Shown here: in pieces, positions 32,842-43,182 of the stretch
Numbering within the stretch: the stretch's first letter is position 1
Layout: every line of letters begins with the position of its first letter
Assembly (NCBI GenBank): GCA_965203905.1
Contig: CBDBDQ010000005.1
Location: 4,192,001-4,256,000, forward strand
Source: Spirochaetia bacterium
GTDB taxonomy: Bacteria > Spirochaetota > Spirochaetia > SZUA-6 > Bin103
Direction of reading: 5' to 3'
DNA: 64,000 nt
Notes under the pieces: model-generated
The model's database searches: none
What the model was told of the DNA's origin: nothing
What the model saw: the letters and a program-made list of their open reading frames with translations, nothing else
Program-made: the position numbers and the translations under genes

Positions 32842-34200
32842 CTACTCGGTGGAGAATACCTGGAAGCCGCCGTACGCGTCGGCGCCGTGCTCGGCGACGT
32901 CCAGACCCTTGAGCTCCTCGTCGCGCGGCACGCGCAGGCCCATGACCACGTCGATCAGCTTGAAGATCAGTCCCATCACCACGATGATGAACACGCTCAC
33001 GGTGACCGTACCGAGGAGCTGGATTCCGAGCTGGGCGAAGCCGCCGCCGAACCACAGCCCGTTATTGGGAACTCCGAGAGCGGCCTGGCCCCAGATTCCC
33101 ACGGCCAGGGTGCCCCAGATGCCGTTCATGCCGTGCACGGCGATGGCGCCCACCGGGTCGTCGACGCGGCGGCGATCGAGGAAAATCACCCCGAACACGA
33201 CGATCACGCCGCCCACCAGTCCGATCAGTATCGCGTGCCCGGGTTCCACGAACGCGCACGGCGCCGTGATCGCCACCAGGCCGGCCAGGGCGCCGTTCAT
33301 CCCCATGGTGAGGTCGGGCTTGCCCGCCACCATCCACACGGTGGCGGTAGCGGCGATCGCGCCGGCGGCCGCGGCGAGGTTGGTGTTGGCGGCGACGCGG
33401 GCGATGAGGGAGCCGTCGCCCACGCCCAGGGTCGAGCCGGGATTGAAGCCGAACCAGCCGAACCAGAGCAGGAACATCCCCAGGGAGGCCAGCGGCAGGG
33501 AGTGGCCCTCCAGCACGTTGGGCTTGCCGTCCGGCCCGTACTTGCCGATGCGCGGTCCCAGCACCTTGGTGCCGATGAAGGCCGCCCAGCCGCCCACGGC
33601 ATGCACCACGGTGGAGCCGGCGAAGTCGGTGAAGCCGATGCCCGCGAGCCAGCCGCCGCCCCAGATCCAGTGGCCCACCACCGGGTACACGAAGGCGGAG
33701 ATCAGGAAGGAGTAGACCACGTAGGCGGGAAACTTCATCCGCTCGGCCATGCCGCCGGCCACGATGGTGGCGGCGGCGCCGACGAACACCGCCTGGAACA
33801 GCCAGAAGGCGAACAACGGCACGTCGGCCCCGGACTCGGCGCCGAGCAGCATCCAGCCCGAGGTCCCGAACAGGGCGTTGCCGGAGCCGAACATGATGGC
33901 GTAGCCGAAGATGAAGAAGCCGATCGACGCCATGCAGAAGTCCATCAGGTTCTTCATCAGGATGTTGGCGGTGTTCTTGGCGCGGATCAGGCCCGCCTCC
34001 AGCATGCCGAACCCGGCCTGCATCAGGAACACGAGGAACGCCGCCATCAGCACCCACATCGTGTCGATGCCGGTGATGATGTCGGCGATCTGGGTCGCCA
34101 CCGACGCGTCCTGGGCGAACGCGGGAGCGCCGGCCAACAATCCAAACAGAGCCACGAGGCTCGAAACCCGAGCCCAGCGGCTCGCTCTCAGCTTATTCAT
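32842..34200 (-). CDS. amtB: Ammonium transporter
   Basis: MQAGF, DFAGSTVVH, LWFGWFGFN, NGALAGLVAITA, DDPVGAIAVHG. Confidence 0.95.
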   Translation of the reverse strand: MNKLRASRWARVSSLVALFGLLAGAPAFAQDASVATQIADIITGIDTMWVLMAAFLVFLMQAGFGMLEAGLIRAKNTANILMKNLMDFCMASIGFFIFGYAIMFGSGNALFGTSGWMLLGAESGADVPLFAFWLFQAVFVGAAATIVAGGMAERMKFPAYVVYSFLISAFVYPVVGHWIWGGGWLAGIGFTDFAGSTVVHAVGGWAAFIGTKVLGPRIGKYGPDGKPNVLEGHSLPLASLGMFLLWFGWFGFNPGSTLGVGDGSLIARVAANTNLAAAAGAIAATATVWMVAGKPDLTMGMNGALAGLVAITAPCAFVEPGHAILIGLVGGVIVVFGVIFLDRRRVDDPVGAIAVHGMNGIWGTLAVGIWGQAALGVPNNGLWFGGGFAQLGIQLLGTVTVSVFIIVVMGLIFKLIDVVMGLRVPRDEELKGLDVAEHGADAYGGFQVFSTE

Positions 34201-34350
34201 CGCCGGTTAATTTACGTCCTGGGGCGCAAGTGGACAACGCCCGCCAAGCCAAACCCGGACTATCCCACGCTACAAGCCTGCTGCAATCGTAACTCCCGTT
34301 GCCCTCCGACCGACGCCCAACTGCCCAACTCGCACCCCGGCGAGTGCCGA

Positions 34351-35937
34351 TCACGGGGCCTCGCCTGGCGACGGCCCGTACTCCCGATGCCGGAAGCGAT
34401 TGTGAGCAGCACAGAGCACACGGAGATTCCCCGGCTCAGCGCTGCCGCCCAGCGCGAAGGGAACGATGTGGTCGAGCTCCAGCAGAAAGCGGGAGCCGCA
34501 GCGCCGCCCGCTGTGCGGATCGACGTAACTACAGCGGCCACCGTCGCGGCACCACACCTCGCGCTTCACTGTTGCCGGGATGTAGCGGGATCGACGCGCC
34601 CGGTGGGGCGGCTGCGCGCTGCCTCCGGACGGGCCGGCAGCCGCCGGCCGCGCCCGCGAACGGCCATCGAGCTGCGCCGCCGCTGCCGGCTTCGCTGGCG
34701 AAGGAGCGTTGCGACCGCGATCGGCCGCTGCCAGCGCGGTCGGTATTCTCTGGTCTGCCGGTGGCGTCGGCCGTGGCGTCGGTACGGTGGCGTGGGACCC
34801 ACGATCTGCCACCGACTTCGCCGCCGAAGCAGCGGAGCCGGGCGCAGTCGCCGCTGGCTTGGCACTCACCGGGGTGCTGCTGCCGCAAGTCTCGCGCCCC
34901 GACGGCGGCGCGGGCAGCGCTGCCACCGCCGGGGTGCCGGCGTGGCGGATCCCGCGCGTGGGTTTCTCTGCGGACAGCGCTGCCGGCGCCGGGGTGTTGC
35001 CACCGGTGATCGTGCCCTCCGGCGGCGCCGGCGGCGCTCCGGGTTGCTCTTGCGCGTCCCGCTTCGCCGGCGAAGCCGGCGCGCCTTCCGGCCCTTGCTG
35101 CGCCTGCGGCTCCGGCGCCTGGCCCGCGTTTGCCTCCGGGCGCCCGCCTCTGCGCCCGCGCGGCGGTCGTCCCGGGTCGTAGCGCTGCAGGCCGTCCTGC
35201 ACCAGCCGCTCTACCAGCTGCCCCAGCGTCAGGTGCGGGTCCACGTGTGACAGCAGTGCCCGTAGCTGCTCGATCCCGCACTGACACGCCGCGTCGATCA
35301 CCACCTTCAGCTCCCAGCGGCCGTCGCCCAGCGCCCGCATGCGATCCGCCGGCCGCGCCAGCTCGGGAGCCACCCCGGCCAACAACTGCTTCACCTCGCG
35401 GGTGCTCTTGCCGCTCGCCTGCGCCACCAGCTCCTGCCGCTGCGCCGCGTTCAGCGCCGGCACCGGTCGCGCCGGCGCCGCTGCCCCGGCCCCCGAAGCC
35501 CCAGGCCCCCGCGCCGTCCCCGTGCCGAGCGGCAGCAGCTCCGGTGCCGTGGGTGCCGCGCCGGGGTCCGCGGCGGCGGTCGCCGTGCGCTGCAGGAGAT
35601 CGAAGGTGTTCTGCAACTGCGCCGCCGCGCTCAGGGAGAGCGAGCCGTCCTGCAGCCGTTCGCGCGACCCGGCGGTATCGGAGCACAGGCGCATGGCTTT
35701 GATACGGCGCCAAGCGGCGCCTTCGCTGTAGCCCAGTTCGCGTACCGCGTAGTCGAACAGGCTGGAGAACCCGAGGCGCAGGTGCAGATGGCGCGCGTGG
35801 ATCTCACGCAGGTGATCGAGGACGGCAAGCTGCAGCGCCTGCTCGTGCAGGACGAGGGACCTGGTATGCGCCAGCAGCACTTGGTCGGGGAGCCCGGAGA
35901 GCGAGGAGGAGAAGCTGGTGGCGGTCGCGGCAGCCAT
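34351..35937 (-). CDS. Large HNH endonuclease (helical N-terminus, Ala/Pro-rich linker, C-terminal HNH)
   Basis: HLREI..R.LHL.LGFSSLFDY...LGYSEGAAWRRI; C-terminal RDGGRCSY...C...ELDHIVP...NLRVLCAAHN. Confidence 0.85.
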   Translation of the reverse strand: MAAATATSFSSSLSGLPDQVLLAHTRSLVLHEQALQLAVLDHLREIHARHLHLRLGFSSLFDYAVRELGYSEGAAWRRIKAMRLCSDTAGSRERLQDGSLSLSAAAQLQNTFDLLQRTATAAADPGAAPTAPELLPLGTGTARGPGASGAGAAAPARPVPALNAAQRQELVAQASGKSTREVKQLLAGVAPELARPADRMRALGDGRWELKVVIDAACQCGIEQLRALLSHVDPHLTLGQLVERLVQDGLQRYDPGRPPRGRRGGRPEANAGQAPEPQAQQGPEGAPASPAKRDAQEQPGAPPAPPEGTITGGNTPAPAALSAEKPTRGIRHAGTPAVAALPAPPSGRETCGSSTPVSAKPAATAPGSAASAAKSVADRGSHATVPTPRPTPPADQRIPTALAAADRGRNAPSPAKPAAAAQLDGRSRARPAAAGPSGGSAQPPHRARRSRYIPATVKREVWCRDGGRCSYVDPHSGRRCGSRFLLELDHIVPFALGGSAEPGNLRVLCAAHNRFRHREYGPSPGEAP

Positions 35938-36384
35938 GGCGTAAATATAAGCATGACTGAGAAATGCCCGGTTGCGGCGAGTCCCGGACCGGCACCGGAA
36001 AGGGTGCAGGGCGGCGCTGGCGGTGTGCTGACGGGCCTGGAGGGCGTGGCGGGATGTTCGAAGGGGTCGGAGGGGCCGGAACGTGCGTCAGGAGGCCGTT
36101 ACGAGCAGCGCCATACCCGTCAAGTGCTCAGCGCACTTTTTTGGCATTTTTTTCACAATCCTGCCCCGCGACGCCGACGTGGAAGCAACGCATCGGCGGA
36201 GACCGGCGTGGCGGGTGGGCGGCGACCCGATCATTCCTGGACACATCGTACAGGAACCGAACCACGCACCCCTGAAGGTGGTGATCTGGCCGCCGCCGGG
36301 CCATCACCGCGGCTCGGCCACACATGGGGATGCAGACGTCGTTCAGCATGGGACGTTCTTGGGCCAACCGCGCGGCCGCCGGGT

Positions 36385-36413
36385 TTGACAGCCGGTCGCC
36401 GAGCGGATAGCGT
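36385..36413 (+). promoter_or_regulatory. Sigma70 promoter for tRNA-Val
   Basis: TTGACA-N17-TAGCGT. Confidence 0.6.
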
Positions 36414-36468
36414 GCAGCGCAACGGGTGAGGCGCGGGGCCGGTGTCGGCCGGATCGCGGCCTGTTCGC

Positions 36469-36541
36469 GGGCGGTTAGCTCAGTTGGTAGAGCACTTGGT
36501 TTACACCCAAGTGGTCGGCGGTTCGAGCCCGTCACCGCCCA
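36469..36541 (+). tRNA. tRNA-Val(TAC)
   Basis: GGGCGGT/ACCGCCC acceptor, GCTC/GAGC D-arm, CTTGG-TTTACAC-CCAAG anticodon arm, GTTCGA T-loop. Confidence 0.95.
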
Positions 36542-36556
36542 GCCAAGACTGCGGAC

Positions 36557-37336
36557 ATGGTAACCGAGGCGGAGATCGCACAGTACGAGGAGCGGGGCCA
36601 CGTAACGATTCGCAACCTGCTGCCGCGCACCGACGTGGAGCGGCTGGTGGAACGGCTCGACGGGATGCTGGACGGAGGCTACCCCAGCGACGGCTTCGTG
36701 TGCGGGCCGGCATCCTGGGAGACCCCGGACGATCCGGGCCGCTTCATCCTGCAGGTCATGGCCACCCGGTTTCCGATCAACGACCCGGTGCTGGCCGCGC
36801 TGCACAACAACCGCCGCCTGCGGGAGGCGGCCGCCGCGCTGATGCGCTCCGAGCACGCCACCGTGTTCCAGCAGCAGGCGCTGATCAAGGGGACCGACGC
36901 GGCCAACGCCACCCCCTGGCACCAGGACGACCACTACTGGCAGTTGCAGCGCGCCGGCTTCACCGCGGTGACGGCGTGGATGCCGTTGCGCCGCACCACC
37001 GCCCAAGGCGGCACCATGTGGCTGCTGCCCGGCAGCCACCGCCACCGCATCCATCAGCACGAATGGACCCACGGCGTGAGCATGTTCAAGACCATCACCG
37101 GCGGCGTCCCGGTGCAGGACCTGATTCCCCTGGAGCTGGAGCCCGGTGACGTAAGCTTCCATCACAAGAACATGGTGCACGGCGCGTTCGCCAACCGCGG
37201 CGTGGAGCGCCGGGTGGCGATCGCCCAGCACTACCACAACGCCCCCGAACGAGCCGCCGCCTTCGCCCACCGCCGCGCCGACCCGGTACCGTGGAAGTAC
37301 CAAGTGAAGAAGCGCGTGCGCAGCGGCCGCGCTTAG
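36557..37336 (+). CDS. Phytanoyl-CoA dioxygenase (PhyH) family protein
   Basis: TPWHQD, TAWMPL, LLPGSH, PGDVSFHH...HGAFAN. Confidence 0.9.
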   Translation: MVTEAEIAQYEERGHVTIRNLLPRTDVERLVERLDGMLDGGYPSDGFVCGPASWETPDDPGRFILQVMATRFPINDPVLAALHNNRRLREAAAALMRSEHATVFQQQALIKGTDAANATPWHQDDHYWQLQRAGFTAVTAWMPLRRTTAQGGTMWLLPGSHRHRIHQHEWTHGVSMFKTITGGVPVQDLIPLELEPGDVSFHHKNMVHGAFANRGVERRVAIAQHYHNAPERAAAFAHRRADPVPWKYQVKKRVRSGRA

Positions 37337-37441
37337 AACGCCACCTCCGGAGAGCTTGCTACCGGCGCCGCGGCCGCGTCTGGTGGTTTGACGCCGCGCG
37401 CGGGGGCGCCGTACTGTAGCCACGTCCGGAGGAGAGGGAGC

Positions 37442-39352
37442 ATGGGGCAGTCTGAGCGCCTGACCATGGGGCAGGCACTGGTGAAGTACCTGGCGGTTCA
37501 GTACAGCGAGCTGGACGGTACGCGGCGGCGGCTGATACCCGCCGTCTTCGGCATCTTCGGCCACGGCAACGTGTGCGGCCTGGGGCAGGCGCTGGAGCAG
37601 GGTGGGGGAGCGCTGCCCTACTACCAGACCCGCAACGAGCAGTCGATGGTGCACACCGCGGCCGGCTTCGCGCGCGCCATGCGGCGCACCCAGACCCTGG
37701 CCTGCACCAGCTCCATCGGGCCAGGAGCCACCAACATGGTGACCGGCGCCGCCACCGCCACCATCAACCGCATGCCGGTGCTGCTGCTGGCCTCCGACTA
37801 CTACGCCACCCGCCACCAGGGGCCGGTGCTGCAGCAGCTGGAGCACCCCTCCGAGGCCGACGTCAGCGTCAACGACTGCTTCCGGCCCGTGAGCCGTTTT
37901 TTCGATCGCATCACCCGGCCGGAGCAGCTCCTCACCGCGCTGCCGCAGGCGATGCGAGTGCTGACCGATCCGGCCGAGACCGGCACCGTGACCCTGTCGC
38001 TGCCGCAGGACGTGCAGGCGCACGCCTACGACTACCCGAGCAGCTTCTTCGCGGAGCGCACCTGGCGCATCGAGCGGCGTCCGCCCTCCCCGGAGCGCAT
38101 CGCCGAGGCGGCGGCGCTGCTCAAGGCCGCGCGCCGGCCGCTGATCATTGCCGGCGGCGGGGTCCATTACTCGGAGGCGTGGGACGCGCTGCACGCCGTG
38201 TCCACCACCTTTGGCATTCCGGTGAGCGAGACCCACGCCGGCAAGGGCGTGCTGCGCGGCGCTCCTGAGTGGTCGCTGGGCGGGCACGGGGTGGAGGGCA
38301 CCTCCGCCTCCGCGCGGCTGGCCGAGGAGGCGGACCTGGTCATCGCCGTCGGCACCCGCATGAGCGACTTCGTCACCGCCTCGCAGAGCCTGTTCCATCA
38401 CCCCGAGGTACGCTTCATCGGCATCAACGTGTGCGCGATGGACGCCTTCAAGCAGGGCGCGGTGCCGGTGGTGGCCGACGCCCGGCTGGCCCTTGAGGCG
38501 CTGCTGGAGGCGGGCCGTGCCGCCGGGGCGGCGTTCCCCGGGTACGAGAAGGACGTGGCCGAGGCGCAGGCGAACTGGGACAAGGTGGTGCGCACCGAGG
38601 CCTATGGCGACCACCCGGGCGAGGTGATGAGCGAGGGCCAGGTGATCGAGGTGCTCAACCAGCAGTCCCAGGGCGCCGATACCGTGGTTGCCGCCGCCGG
38701 CGGGCCGCCCGGCAACATCCTCAAGCTGTGGGACGTGAGCAACGGCAGCCGCTGCCACATCGAGTTCGGCTATTCCTGCATGGGCTACGAATTGCCGGCC
38801 GGCATCGGCGTCCGTATGGCGACCGGCGACGAGGGCGAGGTGTACGTGTACGTGGGCGACGGCACCTTCCTGCTCAACCCGATGGAGCTGATCACCGCGC
38901 TGCAGGAGCGGCTCAAGGTGACCGTGGTGGTGATCGACAACCACGGCTTCCAGGTGATCCGCCGGCTGCAGATGTGGCGTTCCGGGCACGCCTTCGGCAA
39001 CGAGTTCCGCGCCCGCGGCGGAGGCGAGGACAACGGCGGAGGTGACGACAACGGCGGAGCGCGGCTGGAGGGCGAGTACCTGCCGCTCGACATCGGCAAG
39101 ATCGCGGAGGGCATGGGCGCGCGTACCTGGCACGCGTTTACCCCCGACGAGGTGCGCGGCGCGCTGCGCGAGGCGCGGGCCGAGACGCGCTCCTGCGTCG
39201 TGGTGTGCGACGTGGAGAAGCACCGCTACGTGCCCGGCTCCGAGACCTGGTGGGACGTGGCACCGGCCGAGGTGAGCCGCAGCGAGGTGACCCAGACCCT
39301 GCGTTCCGAGTATGAGCGCGACCGCGCCGAGCTGCAGCGCTTCCACTACTGA
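37442..39352 (+). CDS. iolD: TPP-dependent trihydroxycyclohexane-1,2-dione acylhydrolase
   Basis: LTMGQALVKYL, GIFGHGNV, RNEQSM, TSSIGPGATNM, PVLQQLE, EFGYSCMGYE, GDGTF, WWDV. Confidence 0.9.
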   Translation: MGQSERLTMGQALVKYLAVQYSELDGTRRRLIPAVFGIFGHGNVCGLGQALEQGGGALPYYQTRNEQSMVHTAAGFARAMRRTQTLACTSSIGPGATNMVTGAATATINRMPVLLLASDYYATRHQGPVLQQLEHPSEADVSVNDCFRPVSRFFDRITRPEQLLTALPQAMRVLTDPAETGTVTLSLPQDVQAHAYDYPSSFFAERTWRIERRPPSPERIAEAAALLKAARRPLIIAGGGVHYSEAWDALHAVSTTFGIPVSETHAGKGVLRGAPEWSLGGHGVEGTSASARLAEEADLVIAVGTRMSDFVTASQSLFHHPEVRFIGINVCAMDAFKQGAVPVVADARLALEALLEAGRAAGAAFPGYEKDVAEAQANWDKVVRTEAYGDHPGEVMSEGQVIEVLNQQSQGADTVVAAAGGPPGNILKLWDVSNGSRCHIEFGYSCMGYELPAGIGVRMATGDEGEVYVYVGDGTFLLNPMELITALQERLKVTVVVIDNHGFQVIRRLQMWRSGHAFGNEFRARGGGEDNGGGDDNGGARLEGEYLPLDIGKIAEGMGARTWHAFTPDEVRGALREARAETRSCVVVCDVEKHRYVPGSETWWDVAPAEVSRSEVTQTLRSEYERDRAELQRFHY

Positions 39353-39359
39353 CCTGCCA

Positions 39360-40439
39360 GTGAACGCCGCCAACTACCGCAGTCCGCTGCACGAAATGAC
39401 GTGCACCACGCCGACCGCGTACTGGAACGACTCCTGCTCGCCGCGCGAGCTGCGCTACGCGCTGGAGCATGGCGCGGTGGGCGCGACCAGCAACCCGGTG
39501 ATCGTGGGGACCGTGCTGCAGCAGGATCTGGACCACTGGCGCGAGCCGGTCCGCGAGCTGGTGCGCGAGATGGCGTGCGCCACCGAGGACGAGCTGGCGT
39601 GGCGCGTATGCGAGCGGGTCACCCTGCACGGCGCCCGGTTACTTGAGGAAATATTCGCCCGCGGCGGCGGGCAGGACGGCCGCATGTCGATTCAGGTCGA
39701 CCCGCGCTGCTACCGCGACGCCGGACGCATGGTGGCGCAGGCGGAACACTTCGCGGCTCTGGCGCCCAACCTGATCGTCAAGCTGCCGGTTACCGCCGCC
39801 GGCCTGACCGCGATCGAGGAGGCCACCAGCCGCGGCATCAGCGTCAACGGCACGGTTTCCTTTTCCGTGTCGCAGGCGGTAGCGGTCGCCGAGGCGGTGG
39901 AGCGCGGCCTGAAGCGGCGCGAGGCGGAGGGTCGGCCGGTCGCGGAGATGGGGCCGATCGCGACCATCATGGTGGGGCGGCTGGACGACTGGCTGAAGGC
40001 GGTGATGGAGCGTGACGACATCATCACCAACCCCGGCTACCTGGAGTGGGCCGGGGTCGCGGTGATCAAGCGTGCCTACCGCATCTTCCGCGAGCGCGGC
40101 TATCGCCTGCGGCTGCTGGCGGCGGCCTACCGCAACCACCTGCACTGGTCGGAGCTGATCGGCGGGGAGCTGGTCGTGTCGATGCCGCACCAGTGGCAGG
40201 TGCGGTTCAACGCCAGCGACGTGGCGGTGACCACGCGTATCGACGATCCCGTGGACCCCGCGATCCTGGACGCGCTGCTGAGCAAGTTTCCGGACTTCCG
40301 ACGCGCCTACGAGGAGCAGGGGCTGGGTGCCGCCGAGTTCGACGGCTTCGGGCCCACGGTGCGCACCCTGCGCCAGTTCATCGCCGGCTATCACGAGCTG
40401 GTGGCGACGGTGCGCGACTTCATGCTGAAGGAGGAATGA
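39360..40439 (+). CDS. Transaldolase-family protein
   Basis: YWNDS, GATSNP, SIQVDP, Schiff-base Lys in LIVKLP, MVGRLDD. Confidence 0.85.
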   Translation: MNAANYRSPLHEMTCTTPTAYWNDSCSPRELRYALEHGAVGATSNPVIVGTVLQQDLDHWREPVRELVREMACATEDELAWRVCERVTLHGARLLEEIFARGGGQDGRMSIQVDPRCYRDAGRMVAQAEHFAALAPNLIVKLPVTAAGLTAIEEATSRGISVNGTVSFSVSQAVAVAEAVERGLKRREAEGRPVAEMGPIATIMVGRLDDWLKAVMERDDIITNPGYLEWAGVAVIKRAYRIFRERGYRLRLLAAAYRNHLHWSELIGGELVVSMPHQWQVRFNASDVAVTTRIDDPVDPAILDALLSKFPDFRRAYEEQGLGAAEFDGFGPTVRTLRQFIAGYHELVATVRDFMLKEE

Positions 40440-41164
40440 CGATGAGCGTATCGATCATGGAGGCGCGGCGCAGCGGCCGCGGACCCGCCATCTGGCTGGC
40501 CGGCGATCCCGCCGACCTGGGGAAGTGGCTGGAGCGCGGCGCCGTGGGCATCGTCACGAACACGGTGGTGCTGAACGAGATGGTGCAGAAGTACGGCCAG
40601 CTCCTGGACGTGGTGCGCCGCTACCTGGACATCACCGACAAGCCGGTGGTGGTTGAGGTGGAAGGCCATTCCACCCAGGAGCTGCTCGACGTCAGCCACG
40701 TGTTCACCGCCCTGTCGCCGCAGGTGGTGATCAAGATCCCGTGTACCGTGGCCGGCCTCGGCGCTTTCCGCGCCCTGGAGCAGGAGGGGGTGACCACGTT
40801 CTGCACCACGGTGTTCTCGCTGGCGCAGGCGGCGGCGGTGGCACAGGCCGGCGCCAGCCACGTGCTGCCGTTCTGCGAGCCGGTGCGGCAGATGGGCGGC
40901 GACCCCGGCAAGCTGGTACGCGAGTGCGTCGCCATGTTCGCCGGCTGGGAACAGCGGCCCTACGTCACTGCCGCCCTGGTGCGTACGGTGGAGACGGCGT
41001 ACGCGGCACTGCGCAACGGCGCCGACGGCATCATCGTGTTCTGGCCGATCTTCCGCGACATGATGGAACATCCGCTCACCGACACCTGGAACCAGACCTT
41101 CGCCGGCGAGTGGCAGCAGATGCAGGACGCCGGCCTGCTGCAGGGCGTGGTGTCACAGGGGTGA
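40436..41164 (+). CDS. Short transaldolase/FSA-family protein
   Basis: GIVTNT, VVIKIP, TTVFSLAQA, HPLTD. Confidence 0.8.
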   Translation: MTMSVSIMEARRSGRGPAIWLAGDPADLGKWLERGAVGIVTNTVVLNEMVQKYGQLLDVVRRYLDITDKPVVVEVEGHSTQELLDVSHVFTALSPQVVIKIPCTVAGLGAFRALEQEGVTTFCTTVFSLAQAAAVAQAGASHVLPFCEPVRQMGGDPGKLVRECVAMFAGWEQRPYVTAALVRTVETAYAALRNGADGIIVFWPIFRDMMEHPLTDTWNQTFAGEWQQMQDAGLLQGVVSQG

Positions 41165-42702
41165 ACGCGACGCCGCCGGCGGCGCTCCCATCCGAGGGCC
41201 GGCCGACCACGCCCGGCCGGCCCAACATCCTGCTGCTGATGACCGACGAGCACGGCGCGCAGTTCAGCGGCACCTACGGCCATCCCTTTGTCCGCACCCC
41301 GGCGATGGACCGGCTGGCGGCGGAGGGGGTGACCTTCGACGCCGCCTACTGCAACAACCCGCTGTGCGTGCCGTCGCGCCTCTCCTTCATGACCGGCCGC
41401 CACACCCACCACTGCGCCGGCTGGGACAACGCCACCCCGCTGGCGCCCGACGCGGTGACTTGGCCGCACCTGCTGCGCGCCCAGGGCTACGACGTGGCGC
41501 TGTCGGGCAAGATGCACCTGATCGGCGACGACCACCTGCACGGCTTCCAGGAGCAGTTGGCGCGCGACCTGCACAGCGAGCTGGAGCACCCGATCTTCCC
41601 GTGGGAGCGGGGGATACCGGAGGCGCGGGAGCCCTGGCCCGGGGTGGTGCGCACCGAGTCCCGGGTACCGCCGGGCCCGGACGGCGAAGAGGTGGAGACC
41701 GCGGCCGAGGAGGCGGCCACCCCGCCCACCGGGCCGGGACGCACCCCGGAGATCGATGCCGACGACGCGGCGGTGGAAGCGGCGCTGGCGTTTCTGCGGC
41801 AGCGGGCGCACGGGAGCGCCGAGCGCCCCTTCGCGCTCTGCGTGGGCCTCATCGCCCCCCACTTCCCATTCGTGGTGCCGGAACCATTCTTCTCGCAGTA
41901 CTTCCCGCGCCACGCCGACCTGCCGCGCCTGCCCGAGGGGCATCTGGAGGCGCTGCCGCCGGCGGCGCAGCGGCTGAGGCGGGCGTTCGGCTTTGGTGGC
42001 CACACGGAGCCACAAGTGCGCCGCGCCCGCGCCGCCTACTACGGGCTGGTCAGCTACGCCGACGACAAGCTGCGCCAGCTCCTGGAGGCGCTCGACCAGC
42101 TCGGCCTGGCCGACGACACCCTGGTGATCCACACCAGCGACCACGGCGAGATGCTCGGCGAGCACGGCCTGTGGCGCAAGATGAGCTTCTACGAGCAGTC
42201 GGCGCGCGTGCCGCTGCAGGTGCGCTGGCCCGGCCGTGCCGCGGCGGGCCGCCGCGTGCGCGAGTGCGTCTCCCTGGTGGACGTGACCGCCACCATCGTG
42301 GCGGCGGCCGGCGCGGCGTCCGCGGCAGCGCCCATGGACGGCCACAACCTGGCGAAGCTGCTGGCCGGTGCCGATCCGGAGTGGCGCGACGAGGCCTTCG
42401 CCGAGCACACCGCCCACGGCACCGACCGCCCGCGGGCGATGCTGCGCCAGGGCAACTGGAAGCTGTGCCTGTCCGGCGGCGGCGACCTGGAGCCGGAGCT
42501 GTACGACCTGGAGGCGGACCCGCGCGAGCTGGTCAACCGCGGCGGCGACCCGGCCGTCGTCGCGGTGGAGGAGCGACTGCGCGCTGCGTTGCTGGCACGT
42601 TGGGACTGGCGCCGCATCGACCGGGAGGTGCGCGCCAGCCAGCAGCGCCGGCAACTGATCCGCACGGTCGCTGCAACAGGTCGGCCGCGCCGCGCTCCGT
42701 AG
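41161..42702 (+). CDS. Sulfatase (choline-sulfatase-like)
   Basis: RPNILLLMTDEH, CVPSR (CxPxR), GKMH, PHFP, TSDHGEMLG. Confidence 0.9.
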   Translation: MNATPPAALPSEGRPTTPGRPNILLLMTDEHGAQFSGTYGHPFVRTPAMDRLAAEGVTFDAAYCNNPLCVPSRLSFMTGRHTHHCAGWDNATPLAPDAVTWPHLLRAQGYDVALSGKMHLIGDDHLHGFQEQLARDLHSELEHPIFPWERGIPEAREPWPGVVRTESRVPPGPDGEEVETAAEEAATPPTGPGRTPEIDADDAAVEAALAFLRQRAHGSAERPFALCVGLIAPHFPFVVPEPFFSQYFPRHADLPRLPEGHLEALPPAAQRLRRAFGFGGHTEPQVRRARAAYYGLVSYADDKLRQLLEALDQLGLADDTLVIHTSDHGEMLGEHGLWRKMSFYEQSARVPLQVRWPGRAAAGRRVRECVSLVDVTATIVAAAGAASAAAPMDGHNLAKLLAGADPEWRDEAFAEHTAHGTDRPRAMLRQGNWKLCLSGGGDLEPELYDLEADPRELVNRGGDPAVVAVEERLRAALLARWDWRRIDREVRASQQRRQLIRTVAATGRPRRAP

Positions 42703-42782
42703 CCGATGGCGTGAACGCGTAGTCGCCGACCGGAATCGCCACCCCGTAGGTGAAATTCGGCGTCGACAGCCACAGGACGTGA

Positions 42783-43160
42783 CATGCGCGACGTATCTGG
42801 CGCTGACGTGGCGCCGACGTCCGAACGGTTGACGGCCTGCCGTGCACGTGCGACAGTCTGACGCTCGGGGTTCGACGGATACGGAATGAAGCGCCGCGAC
42901 GACAGCCAGCGCCGTGACCGGTTTCATACTGATCGCGCAGGCGGATTCCGTCTTACCTTTGTCATCTGGCAGGGCACCCCATGGCCCTGAAAACGAGCCG
43001 CAAGAGGATACTCAAAGAACCCATACGAGCGCGGCGTGCGCCCGTCGAGTCACGCGCCGCGCGATTCAATTCGGAACTTGCCGCCTCTGTTAGACCGCCG
43101 GCGTTACGGGCACGAGAGTAGGCGGGGAACGGCAATTCACCATGCTATACTCTCAAGAAT
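42783..43160 (+). promoter_or_regulatory. Conserved SBP-operon leader, copy A (promoter motif, short ORF 42886-42990, hairpin)
   Basis: Aligns by eye with 57227-57385 plus 57807-58010 and with 51100-51240. Confidence 0.65.
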
Positions 43161-43182
43161 CAAAGGTACGGTGTTACGAGAC

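Noticed and set aside
32842-34350. amtB without glnK; nitrogen-regulator box
   Set aside because: Unlinked amtB is common, and no convincing GlnR/NtrC/sigma54 motif was found.
36469-36541. tRNA-Val as an integration site
   Set aside because: No integrase and no duplicated tRNA-Val 3' end seen; the pseudo-tRNA at 19301 has a different body.
39018-39060. GGEDN/GGGDDNGG repeat in iolD
   Set aside because: Small in-frame loop duplication.
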